From the NCBI GenBank assembly GCA_963730595.1, contig CAVSSJ010000007.1, positions 2,580 through 66,579 of the forward strand: a DNA stretch of 64,000 nucleotides, given 5' to 3'. Under the pieces are notes generated by a model. The model was not told the DNA's origin. It did no database searches and saw only the letters and a list, made by a program, of their open reading frames with translations. This document shows positions 24,668-33,832 of the stretch, piece by piece. The translations under genes and the position numbers were made by a program. The DNA is from an uncultured Carnobacteriaceae bacterium. GTDB taxonomy: Bacteria > Bacillota > Bacilli > Lactobacillales > Aerococcaceae. The number at the start of each line of letters is the position of its first letter. Within the stretch, counting starts at the first letter, position 1.

Positions 24668-26074
24668 ATGATCCATCAATATAAATTAAAAGGGTATAAC
24701 ATTGTCATGGATACCTATAGCGGTGCTGTACATGTCGTCGATGACCTGGCCTTTGACATCATTGCCATCTTTGAACAAACCCCGACCGAAGAAATTGTGG
24801 CGCAGATGCTGGAAGCCTATGCCCACGATACGGAAATCAATGAAACAGAGATCCGCGAAACGATCGCGGACGTGGAAGAATTGAAAAACAACGGCGAGCT
24901 CTTCACGGAGGACGAATTCAAGGATCTCTCCATCGATTTGACGAAACGCCAGACCTACATCAAGGCGCTCTGCCTCAATGTGGCGCACACCTGCAACCTT
25001 TCCTGCGAATACTGTTTCGCCAGCCAAGGAAAATACAAAGGCGACCGGGCCATCATGAAGTTCGAAGTCGGAAAGAGAGCGATTGACTTTTTGATCGAAA
25101 GCTCAGGTTACCACCGCAATCTCGATGTCGACTTTTTCGGAGGAGAACCGCTGATGGACTGGCGCGTAATCAAAAAAGTCGTTGCCTACGCCAGAAGTAT
25201 CGAAGAAGAAACCAATAAAAAATTCCGTTTCACGCTTACGACGAACGGGATGTTGTTGAACGACGAAGTCACCGAATTCTGCAACAAAGAAATGTACAAC
25301 GTCGTTTTGAGCCTGGATGGCCGCAAAGAAGTGCATGACCATCTGCGCAAAACGGTAGCCGGAATAGGCAGCTACGATCACATCGTGCCGAAATTCCAAG
25401 ATTTCGTCGATAAACGCGGAGACAAGGAATATTATATGCGCGGGACCTACACGCATAACAATGTCGATTTCACCAACGACATCTTCCACATGGCGGACAT
25501 CGGCTTCGACAAGCTTTCGATGGAACCCGTTATCTGCGATCCGAGCGAGCCGTACGCGCTCACTGAGGAAGACCTTCCAGAAATCTACAGACAATACGAA
25601 ATCCTTGCCGATGAAATGCTCAAACGGGATGAAGAAGGCAACGGCTTTACCTTCTACCATTACATGTTGGACCTTTCAGAAGGACCTTGTGTACAAAAAC
25701 GGATTTCCGGCTGCGGATCAGGGACGGAGTATATCGCCGTTACACCGTGGGGTGAAATCTTCCCATGCCACCAATTCGTCGGGGATGAAGAATTCAGCCT
25801 GGGCAACATCTGGGACGGCATCACGCAACTGGATGTTCAATGCCAATTCAAGCAGAGCAACTGCTACTCCAAACCGGAGTGCGAAAATTGCTGGGCCAAG
25901 ATGTATTGCAGCGGAGGCTGCCCGGCCAACTCGCTTCATGCGACGGGTTCCATCAACGGAACTTACGGTTTCAGCTGTGATATCTTCAAGAAAAGAATAG
26001 AATGCTCCATGATGGTGAAGGTAGCCCAATCCATCAGAGAAATGGAAGCAGAAGAACAAGGCGTGACCGAATAA
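24668..26074 (+). CDS. scfB: SCIFF radical SAM/SPASM thioether maturase
   Basis: 'MIHQYK', 'CNLSCEYC', SPASM 'GCGSG...PCHQF...C..CWAKMYCSGGC.AN'; directly after scfA. Confidence 0.95.
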   Translation: MIHQYKLKGYNIVMDTYSGAVHVVDDLAFDIIAIFEQTPTEEIVAQMLEAYAHDTEINETEIRETIADVEELKNNGELFTEDEFKDLSIDLTKRQTYIKALCLNVAHTCNLSCEYCFASQGKYKGDRAIMKFEVGKRAIDFLIESSGYHRNLDVDFFGGEPLMDWRVIKKVVAYARSIEEETNKKFRFTLTTNGMLLNDEVTEFCNKEMYNVVLSLDGRKEVHDHLRKTVAGIGSYDHIVPKFQDFVDKRGDKEYYMRGTYTHNNVDFTNDIFHMADIGFDKLSMEPVICDPSEPYALTEEDLPEIYRQYEILADEMLKRDEEGNGFTFYHYMLDLSEGPCVQKRISGCGSGTEYIAVTPWGEIFPCHQFVGDEEFSLGNIWDGITQLDVQCQFKQSNCYSKPECENCWAKMYCSGGCPANSLHATGSINGTYGFSCDIFKKRIECSMMVKVAQSIREMEAEEQGVTE

Positions 26075-26085
26075 TAGATTCCTAT

Positions 26086-26129
26086 AAGCAGCCTCAAACC
26101 GTGCACTGGTTTGAGGCTGCTTTTTTTTT
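26086..26129 (+). terminator. Intrinsic terminator
   Basis: aagcagcctcaaacc...ggtttgaggctgctttttttt. Confidence 0.9.
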
Positions 26130-26286
26130 GGCAGTCAGCTCGAACGACGGGAGCATCCTTTTTTTGGGATGGTGGTGCGGTTTTTGAAATTTTGCAGAAG
26201 GACTTTGCTGTCGATTAAAATGAAAGCATTTTTTTTGAGAAAAGGTTACAATGTAAACAAGTACATTTTTTGAAAGAAGGGGACTT

Positions 26287-26808
26287 ATGAAGAGAAAAAA
26301 ATTATCTGCTTTCTTATTGGCATCATCTGCCATGCTGCTTGTTGCTTGCCAAAATCCGGGGACAGGTTCAGCCAATAGTTCCAGTGCGGTGCAGGAATCG
26401 TCCGTAAGCGGATCGACCGCCAGCGAGGTTGCGGTAAGCAACGAAGAGGTTGTTCCAGTCGTACAGAGTGGGACAGCGTCTTCCCGAGCGAGCAATAATG
26501 CCGCCAAACCATCAGAAAGTACGGCCTCTGAAGCGGCAGTTTCAGTTCAAACAGCACCTGTAACAGATGATGCTGCTTTGGTTGGACGGGCTAAACAAAA
26601 GATTACGGAATTGACGGGTTATGTGGAAAACGAAAACTATCTATTCATCGTTGAATCGATTGAAGGCGATACAGTTGCCATAAATGTGCGTGAAAACGGC
26701 GAAGATGTCGCAAGTTCCCTGGGCTTCTACCGTTACAATGATGCGACTGCAAGCCTTCAGGAAATGGACGTCGTAACAGGGGGATATGTCGATTTCCCGG
26801 CGAATTAA
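26287..26808 (+). CDS. Hypothetical lipoprotein with Ser/Ala-rich linker
   Basis: Lipobox 'LLVAC', low-complexity linker, small C-terminal domain. Confidence 0.75.
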   Translation: MKRKKLSAFLLASSAMLLVACQNPGTGSANSSSAVQESSVSGSTASEVAVSNEEVVPVVQSGTASSRASNNAAKPSESTASEAAVSVQTAPVTDDAALVGRAKQKITELTGYVENENYLFIVESIEGDTVAINVRENGEDVASSLGFYRYNDATASLQEMDVVTGGYVDFPAN

Positions 26809-26843
26809 TGGCTGCTATCATTGGATAAGAGTGGGAGGTTGCG

Positions 26844-27368
26844 ATGGATTTCAGTTTGTTACTCAGAATTTTTGCAATCAATTTAAGCTACGTTACCTTG
26901 AGTACGATTCGTTTCATGCTGACGATGAAAGGGTACCGCGTTCTGGCACCACTTTTGAGTGTTTTTGAAATTGTCATTTACGTTTTGGGATTATCGATGG
27001 TGATGAACAGTCTGGATAATCCTTGGAATTTAGCTGTATATGCGATAGGCTACGGAACGGGAATCGCAGTCGGGATGAAGATAGAGGACTGGTTAGCGTT
27101 AGGATACACCATGATGACGGTGATGACGCTTGATGTGAACAGTAGCTTGCCGGGTGTTTTACGCGATTTGGGTTATGGGGTGACGTCCTACCTTGCGTCC
27201 GGCAGGGACGGGGACCGTTTAGTGATGGATATCTTATTGACGAGGAAGACGGAACGTCATCTGAAAGATGAGGTTTTGGGAATCGATCCGAGAGCGTTTA
27301 TTGTTGCTTATGATCCAAAGTATATTCATGGGGGATTTTGGTCAAAACGTGTCCATTTGGGACGTTGA
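26844..27368 (+). CDS. DUF2179 / UPF0316 (YebE-like) membrane protein
   Basis: 'YVTLSTIR...MKGYR', 'GYGVT', 'GRDG.R', 'IHGGFW'. Confidence 0.85.
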   Translation: MDFSLLLRIFAINLSYVTLSTIRFMLTMKGYRVLAPLLSVFEIVIYVLGLSMVMNSLDNPWNLAVYAIGYGTGIAVGMKIEDWLALGYTMMTVMTLDVNSSLPGVLRDLGYGVTSYLASGRDGDRLVMDILLTRKTERHLKDEVLGIDPRAFIVAYDPKYIHGGFWSKRVHLGR

Positions 27369-27410
27369 TTTGGGGAATCAAATAATCTTATCGAAGGGTG
27401 GAAAGCGGAT

Positions 27411-28367
27411 ATGACTGAGTTGGTAAAGTTGGGAAGAACGGGATTGGCTGTTTATCCGATCGGGCTGGGCGCGAATAAAATTGCCGAAGCTGATCCGGAA
27501 ACGAACACCGAATATGGCGCCGATGTGCTGCTTGGAGCGATCGAAAAGGGCTTGAATTTTGTGGATACGGCATTCCTGTACGGACAAGGCACTTCCGAAA
27601 CGATCATCGGCAAGACTTTGAAAGAACACAATCTGAGGGATAAAGTCGTCATTGCCACAAAAGGGGCGCATCAGTTGACGGATAAGGGGATCGTTCTCAA
27701 TAATGCGCCAGCCTTTTTGCAAGAACAGGTCGAGAACAGCTTGCGCCGTCTGCAGACGGACTATATCGACCTCTACTATATCCATTTCCCGGATGAAAAA
27801 ACACCGAAGGCGGAAGCTGTCGGCGCTTTGCAGAGACTAAAAGAGCAAGGAAAGATCCGGGCGATCGGCGTTTCGAATTTCAGTTTGGAACAACTGAAGG
27901 AAGGGAATGCGGATGGATACATCGATGTCGTCCAGGATGAATTCAACTTGTTGAATCAATCGGCCGAAGAAAAGTTCTTTCCCTATTTCAGGGAACAGGG
28001 CATTACCTTCATCCCTTATTTCCCATTCGCTTCAGGCTTATTGGCGGGACACTACCATGAGAACAGCGTGTTGACGGAGAAGCAGTCGGCACGTCCGCAA
28101 TTCCAGGGCGATACTTACAGGGACATCTTGAAACGGGTCGATCAAATCCGTCCGTTAGCTGAAAAGCACAAAACGGGTCTGCAAAATATCGTTTTGGCCT
28201 ATTACCTGAGCAAGGACGTCATTGATGCCGTTATCCCTGGTGCGCGCAACCGCAAACAAGTGCTGGAGAATCTGGAAGCGGGGAAAATCCGCTTGGATGA
28301 AGGGGACATCCGCCTGATCAACACAGCCTTTCCTCCATCCTTTCAATTGAAAAAAGAGCGGTCATAG
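27411..28367 (+). CDS. Aldo/keto reductase (IolS-like)
   Basis: 'DTAFLYG', 'IATKG', 'LQTDYIDLYYIH', 'IGVSNF'. Confidence 0.92.
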   Translation: MTELVKLGRTGLAVYPIGLGANKIAEADPETNTEYGADVLLGAIEKGLNFVDTAFLYGQGTSETIIGKTLKEHNLRDKVVIATKGAHQLTDKGIVLNNAPAFLQEQVENSLRRLQTDYIDLYYIHFPDEKTPKAEAVGALQRLKEQGKIRAIGVSNFSLEQLKEGNADGYIDVVQDEFNLLNQSAEEKFFPYFREQGITFIPYFPFASGLLAGHYHENSVLTEKQSARPQFQGDTYRDILKRVDQIRPLAEKHKTGLQNIVLAYYLSKDVIDAVIPGARNRKQVLENLEAGKIRLDEGDIRLINTAFPPSFQLKKERS

Positions 28368-28498
28368 AGAGGTGGGCACAGCTTGGATCAGCCCATCTCT
28401 TCTCATCTGATTGATGAAAAAATATTAGAATTTTAGAGCAATAACGATGATGAAAATGAATTGCAAACACTTTTATTACAAAATAATGAAAAAATGGT

Positions 28499-28527
28499 TT
28501 GACAACCATTAAAAACAGGCATAAAAT
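28499..28527 (+). promoter_or_regulatory. SigA promoter of the ilvE leader
   Basis: TTGACA-17 bp-TAAAAT. Confidence 0.8.
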
Positions 28528-28565
28528 AACATCATATTCTAACAAACAGAAAGGAAGCGAGTGAA

Positions 28566-28658
28566 ATGAAAGTTAATAAAACAATGTGTCACCATACAAA
28601 ACATTATGCAATAACCTCTCTTTCACTCAATTCTTTAGTCATTTTATTAGTGATTTAG
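28566..28658 (+). CDS. Putative BCAA-sensing leader peptide (30 aa, not in ORF track)
   Basis: AAGGAAG RBS; MKVNKTMCHHTKHYAITSLSLNSLVILLVI*, ending in seven consecutive Leu/Val/Ile codons. Confidence 0.78.
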   Translation: MKVNKTMCHHTKHYAITSLSLNSLVILLVI

Positions 28659-28703
28659 CCCGGATTCTAACTTTCACAAGTAGAGTCCTCTTTCCGTTGA
28701 TGT

Positions 28704-28756
28704 GGGGCTCATCATTAAAGAATGAGCCCGCAGTCGGAGGGTTCATTCTTTTTTTC
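28704..28756 (+). terminator. Attenuator terminator with competing antiterminator
   Basis: aagaatgagccc/gggttcattctt plus T-run; upstream gggctcat can alternatively pair with atgagccc. Confidence 0.8.
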
Positions 28757-29004
28757 TAATGAGGGCGCTGTAGGATTCTTTTCAGTTGTCGCACTGCTGT
28801 GCCTGATGGATAACAACGGATGGTATACAGTTGGAGTATACTTATTGTGCGGAGCAGTGCTGCCCGGGTTGACCACTACGGCAGAGAACAAACTGTTGTG
28901 CGTACGCAAAATGACTCCTTTCGGGGACGCGGCTTTGGAAGTAAACGAGTATTCACTAATAATGGCAATTATTAATTAAAATATAGAGATATGGAGTGAT
29001 TTGA

Positions 29005-30054
29005 ATGACAGCAATAACACAAACAGAAGCTCAAAAAGAATTAAACATCGATTGGGAAAATCTAGGGTTTAGCTACATCAAAACGGATTATCGCTTTATT
29101 TCCTATTGGAAAGACGGAAAATGGGATGACGGCGAACTGACTACGGACAATAAAGTCCATATCAGTGAAGGATCTCCAGCCCTGCACTACGGACAGTCTT
29201 GTTTCGAAGGAATGAAAGCATACCGCACCAAAGATGGCAGCATCAACCTATTCCGTCCTGATGAAAATGCAAAAAGAATGATCAAGAGCTGCCAAAGATT
29301 GTTGATGCCTGAATTCCCTGTCGATAAATTCGTCGAAGCGGTTAAAGCTGTCGTCAAAGCGAATGAAAAATGGGTTCCTCCTTATAACACAGGAAGCACA
29401 TTGTACCTACGTCCTTATATGATCGGAGTGGGCGATAACATCGGCGTGAGACCTGCCGATGAATATATCTTCTCCATCTTCGCGATGCCTGTCGGCCCTT
29501 ACTTCAAGGGCGGATTGACGCCGACAAACTTCATCGTATCCGATTATGACCGTGCCGCTCCACAGGGTACCGGTGCTGCAAAAGTAGGCGGAAACTATGC
29601 CAGCAGCTTGTTGCCCGGACAAGAAGCGCATGACCGTAATTTCAGCGACTGCATCTATCTGGATCCAGCGACGCATACAAAAATCGAAGAGGTCGGTTCA
29701 GCAAACTTCTTCGGTATCACAAAAGATAACCGTTTCGTGACACCATCTTCACCATCCATCTTGCCAAGCATCACGAAATATTCTTTGCTTTACCTGGCTA
29801 AAAACCGCCTGGGCATGGAAGTCGAAGAGGGCGATGTATTCATCGATAAATTGGATGAATTCAGCGAAGCCGGAGCATGCGGAACAGCCGCGGTCATCTC
29901 TCCGATCGCCGGCATCCAATACGGGGATAAATTCCATGTGTTCTATTCGGAAACGGAAGTGGGTCCTGTCACTCATAAATTATATGATGAATTGACCGGC
30001 ATCCAGTTCGGCGATAAAGAAGCACCAGAAGGCTGGATCGTAAAAGTAGACTAA
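29005..30054 (+). CDS. ilvE: Branched-chain amino acid aminotransferase
   Basis: 'LHYGQSCFEGMKAY', 'AKVGGNYA', 'EEVGSANFF', 'ILPSIT', 'GTAAVISP'. Confidence 0.96.
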   Translation: MTAITQTEAQKELNIDWENLGFSYIKTDYRFISYWKDGKWDDGELTTDNKVHISEGSPALHYGQSCFEGMKAYRTKDGSINLFRPDENAKRMIKSCQRLLMPEFPVDKFVEAVKAVVKANEKWVPPYNTGSTLYLRPYMIGVGDNIGVRPADEYIFSIFAMPVGPYFKGGLTPTNFIVSDYDRAAPQGTGAAKVGGNYASSLLPGQEAHDRNFSDCIYLDPATHTKIEEVGSANFFGITKDNRFVTPSSPSILPSITKYSLLYLAKNRLGMEVEEGDVFIDKLDEFSEAGACGTAAVISPIAGIQYGDKFHVFYSETEVGPVTHKLYDELTGIQFGDKEAPEGWIVKVD

Positions 30055-30065
30055 GAAATTATAAG

Positions 30066-30253
30066 AAAAGCGGGACAAGCCCGCCTTGCCTCGACAGAAA
30101 TTTAGGAAATCTGGCCCTGCAACTTTCCCTCCGGTCACCTTATACTGGGGCTCTAAGGGATGAATCCCTAAGAGTCCCATGCAAATGAGCATCGTAGAGC
30201 GCAATGGGTCAGATTTATCTAATTTCCGAGAGGCAGGCTTGGACCGCTAGACA
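30066..30253. repeat. About 185-bp nested palindromic intergenic element (MITE/REP-like)
   Basis: Arms pair along the length: agcgg/ccgct, caagcc/ggcttg, gcctc/gaggc, gaaatt/aatttc, aaatctggccc/gggtcagattt; internal hairpin ggggctct-aggga/tccct-agagtccc. Confidence 0.6.
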
Positions 30254-30471
30254 TCATGTGATGGCGTGAAACTGATTAGGCATCTTTGAAATACCTGCTT
30301 TGATGCGCTTCTTATATCAAAAAAATTAAATTTCGTAGATGTTATAAAGGGGGCATTGAACCGATTTGGTTCGATGCCCCCTTTTTTCGGAGAATCCGCG
30401 TCGTATTCATGGAAAAAACGTTTCATTTTCATTATGATGGTTATATACAAAGCAAGAAGGAGGGAGCTGTC

Positions 30472-31488
30472 ATGGACTATCTCGCTAAAATAAAAAATGC
30501 CAAATTGCGCCGCATCGCCTCATTGATGCTGGACCATTTGGGGAGACTGCAGGTCAGCCATCAGGCAGCCGAACTGGCTTATTTCGCCCTGTTGGCGTTA
30601 TTTCCAACCTTGCTGGTTTTGGGGAATCTCATCCCCATGCTGCCGATACCGAAAGAGGAGTTATTATCTTATTTGGCGCTGACCTTGCCGCGAGAAATCA
30701 GCGAGGTGATCAATCCGATTCTGAACGATTATTTGTCTGGAGGCAGCGGTGAGGCGGTCTCGATCGGGATCATTATTTCCATTTGGACGGCTTCCAAAGC
30801 GTTCAGCGTCTTCCAGAAGGTTCTGAATCAGGTTTATAATACGACGGTACGGAAAAATGTCATTGTGCAGCGCATGTTTTCGTTCATCATTGCTTTCCTG
30901 ATGGTCGTGATCATCGCCCTGGTTACGTTCGTCTTTATGTTCGGGAATTATATTCTGACGTTCTTGGAGGACGTCTTCCCGATCCAGATCGTGCACATCA
31001 ACACGTTCGAATCGCTGCGATGGATCGCCGCATTTGGGGTAATCTTCGTTGTCCTGACCTATATCTATTATTTTGTGCCCAACGTTTATTGGTCCATCAA
31101 ATTCTCCATACCGGGCGCCTTGTTTTCAACCGTTTCCTTCCTGCTGATATCGCAAATATTTTCCAGCTATGTGGGATTCGCGGCCAGGCAAGCGCTTGGG
31201 AACGGAGCTGTCGGTGTTTTCATCATCTTGATGCTGTGGCTGTATATGCTGGGAATCGTGTTGATTTTGGGCGGATTTGTGAATGTCATGCTCTATCACT
31301 ATTTCCGGCCGCTGAAGGAAGTGCTTCGCGAAGAAAATCGCTACGTCATCCTTTATTCGGCGAAAGGCATGGAAGCTTCCGTCAAGAAGCAGTCCTTGAA
31401 AAGGCGACTGATCCGCAGGAATCAGATCATTGTGGAAAATGATGATCTAATGAAAATGAGGATGAAAAACGACCGTTCCGCTACATGA
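30472..31488 (+). CDS. YihY / virulence factor BrkB family membrane protein
   Basis: 'AAELAYFALLALFP', 'W-ASK', 'LNQVY', 'YYFVPN', 'PGALF'. Confidence 0.88.
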   Translation: MDYLAKIKNAKLRRIASLMLDHLGRLQVSHQAAELAYFALLALFPTLLVLGNLIPMLPIPKEELLSYLALTLPREISEVINPILNDYLSGGSGEAVSIGIIISIWTASKAFSVFQKVLNQVYNTTVRKNVIVQRMFSFIIAFLMVVIIALVTFVFMFGNYILTFLEDVFPIQIVHINTFESLRWIAAFGVIFVVLTYIYYFVPNVYWSIKFSIPGALFSTVSFLLISQIFSSYVGFAARQALGNGAVGVFIILMLWLYMLGIVLILGGFVNVMLYHYFRPLKEVLREENRYVILYSAKGMEASVKKQSLKRRLIRRNQIIVENDDLMKMRMKNDRSAT

Positions 31489-31598
31489 AGGCGAGGGTTT
31501 ACAGATAAATTAAAACTTCCCTCCTTTTTATTTCTGGCAATGTTCTATATAATGAAAGGATGGAATGAGTATAGTTTTGAAAGAGAAAGGATTTAATA

Positions 31599-32798
31599 AT
31601 GAGAAATCAGCAAATTAATCAGAAAGCAGATGTGTCGAAGATCGATTACGGCATCATTTTATCTGTTTTTATATTGGCTATCATCAGCGTCGTGACGATC
31701 TATTCGACAACCGTTCTGCAAACGGAGGGCGGCGATCTCCAACAGACGATCATGCAAATTGTCTGGTACGGTATCGGGATCATCGCCGCGGCAGTCGTCA
31801 TGCATTTCGATTCCGAGCAACTATGGAAAGTTGCGCCGATCGCATACGGCATCGGCGTGTTCCTGTTGTTTTTGGTCCTGATCTTCTACGACCGCAACAC
31901 CTACGCCTTGCAAGGCGCGAAAAGCTGGTTCAAATTCGGTGCGGTGACTTTTCAGCCATCCGAGGTCGTCAAAGTTGCGCTGATCATCATGTTGGCGCGG
32001 GTCATAACCGGACACAATATCCAAATCGACGATCGCACCGAAAAGACGGATTTACGGCTATTGGGGAAAATAGGCATGTGGTCCTTGCCGATGCTTCTCC
32101 TCATCATACTTCAAAATGATTTGGGTACGACATTGGTGTTCCTGGCCATCATCGTGGGGATGACCTTCATGTCCGGCGTTTCCTGGAAGATCCTGTTGCC
32201 GGTTTTTGGAACGATTGGTCTCTTCGGTAGTGCCCTGATTTACCTGGTAGTGTTCAACCGCAACATCTTGTTGAACTTTGGGTTTAAAAATTACCAATTC
32301 GCCCGTATCGATTCATGGCTTAACCCATTCGGGGACAGCACCGGGGATGCCTACCAATTGGCGCAAAGCATGAAAGCCATCGGTTCGGGGAAACTCTTCG
32401 GTAAGGGCTTGGGCGTCTCTGAAGTATATGTGCCCGTCCGGGTTTCCGATATGATCTTTTCGACCATCGGAGAGAACTTCGGGTTCATCGGCGGCTGCTT
32501 CTTGATTTTTATTTACTTTTTATTGATTTACCAAATGATCCGTATCTGTTTCGATACGAAAAATGAGTTTTATGCGTACATGTCGACAGGGGTTATCATG
32601 ATGATCCTCTTCCACGTATTGGAAAACATCGGCATGACGATCGGCCTGCTGCCGATTACCGGTATCCCTTTGCCTTTCATATCGCAAGGTGGATCGGCAT
32701 TGCTGGGGAATATGTTGGGCATCGGACTGGTGATGTCCATGAGATATCATTTCCGCAGTTACATGTTCTCCGATGAGGATGAGCATTTTGGAATGTAA
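31599..32798 (+). CDS. rodA: SEDS family peptidoglycan glycosyltransferase (RodA/FtsW)
   Basis: 'GAKSW', 'FQPSE', 'DLGT', 'AIGSG', 'PITGIPLPFISQGGS'. Confidence 0.88.
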   Translation: MRNQQINQKADVSKIDYGIILSVFILAIISVVTIYSTTVLQTEGGDLQQTIMQIVWYGIGIIAAAVVMHFDSEQLWKVAPIAYGIGVFLLFLVLIFYDRNTYALQGAKSWFKFGAVTFQPSEVVKVALIIMLARVITGHNIQIDDRTEKTDLRLLGKIGMWSLPMLLLIILQNDLGTTLVFLAIIVGMTFMSGVSWKILLPVFGTIGLFGSALIYLVVFNRNILLNFGFKNYQFARIDSWLNPFGDSTGDAYQLAQSMKAIGSGKLFGKGLGVSEVYVPVRVSDMIFSTIGENFGFIGGCFLIFIYFLLIYQMIRICFDTKNEFYAYMSTGVIMMILFHVLENIGMTIGLLPITGIPLPFISQGGSALLGNMLGIGLVMSMRYHFRSYMFSDEDEHFGM

Positions 32799-32819
32799 AG
32801 ACAGGAGGGGAAAGCTGAA

Positions 32820-33173
32820 ATGATCACGATTTACCAACATCCGACCTGCTCGACTTGCAAAAAAGCCAGAGCATGGTTCGACCAGGAACAAATCCCGTAT
32901 GAACTGAAGGATATCCGCGAGGAAGCGCCGGACAGAGAAACCCTCAAGCATGCTTTCGAAGCGGGGAATCTGACTCTGCGCCGCATCTTCAATACAAGCG
33001 GAAATCTGTACAAAGAAATGCAATTGAAGGACAAGCTCGATGACATGAGCATCGAGGATGCGTTTGACCTGCTGCAATCGGATGGCATGTTGATCCGCAG
33101 ACCTTTTATTACGGATGGGAAAAACAGTACGTTTGGTTTTAAGGAAGAAGAATTCGAAACGACTTGGAAATGA
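32820..33173 (+). CDS. ArsC/Spx family protein (YusI-like)
   Basis: 'CSTCKKA', 'FNTSG', 'GMLIRRP'. Confidence 0.88.
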   Translation: MITIYQHPTCSTCKKARAWFDQEQIPYELKDIREEAPDRETLKHAFEAGNLTLRRIFNTSGNLYKEMQLKDKLDDMSIEDAFDLLQSDGMLIRRPFITDGKNSTFGFKEEEFETTWK

Positions 33174-33186
33174 AAGAGGAGGATGC

Positions 33187-33549
33187 ATGATGACTGAGAA
33201 GATGGTGAAATTTAGCGAAAACGGTTTTTGGGTAAAGAAGGAAGACGACAAGTACACGATCGGATTGTCGGAAAAAGGGCAGGATGATCTGGGTCAAGTC
33301 AGCTTCATCGATTTGCCGGAAGAAGGGGCCATAACGACTGCAGATTCGCTGATCGGTGTCGAAGCCGCGAAAGCGATGACTGATTTGACTTCCCCTCTGA
33401 ACGGAAAGATCATAGAGGTCAATGCTGCACTGGAAAACAATCCCGAGAACTTGAACAGCACCGACGATTCCGTAAACTGGATTGCTGTTTTGACGGATGT
33501 CGATGAAGAAGAATTCACGTGTCTGCGAAATCTGTCCGGTTTAGAATAA
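33187..33549 (+). CDS. gcvH: Glycine cleavage H-like lipoyl carrier protein
   Basis: 'IGLS...QDDLG', lipoyl-Lys motif 'VEAAKA', 'SPLNG', 'NPENLN'. Confidence 0.88.
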   Translation: MMTEKMVKFSENGFWVKKEDDKYTIGLSEKGQDDLGQVSFIDLPEEGAITTADSLIGVEAAKAMTDLTSPLNGKIIEVNAALENNPENLNSTDDSVNWIAVLTDVDEEEFTCLRNLSGLE

Positions 33550-33554
33550 AAAAA

Positions 33555-33606
33555 TAAACTCCTTGGTGGGAAACGACAACCGTCGATTCCCATCAAGGAG
33601 TTTTTT
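33555..33606. terminator. Intrinsic terminator
   Basis: aaactccttggtgggaa...ttcccatcaaggagtttt. Confidence 0.8.
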
Positions 33607-33642
33607 CATTTTTGGCGTGAAACACTGCCGATATGTCATAAA

Positions 33643-33812
33643 ACCCGACAGGACGGCCATATGTCGTTAGTTTGCAGCAGACTGGGCCCCGAATACCCGA
33701 CATGATCGCCAAACGTCGTTCGATTGAAGCAAAATGGGAGCCAAAGACCCGACACTACAATCATATGTCGTTTGTTTGGCCCAAAACGGCCCCCGAACAC
33801 CCGACAGGCCGA
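33643..33812 (+). repeat. 52-bp-period degenerate array (ACCCGACA-N10-AYGTCGTT-spacer)
   Basis: ACCCGACA at 33643, 33695, 33747, 33799. Confidence 0.9.
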
Positions 33813-33832
33813 AGTTTGCCCACAATATATGA

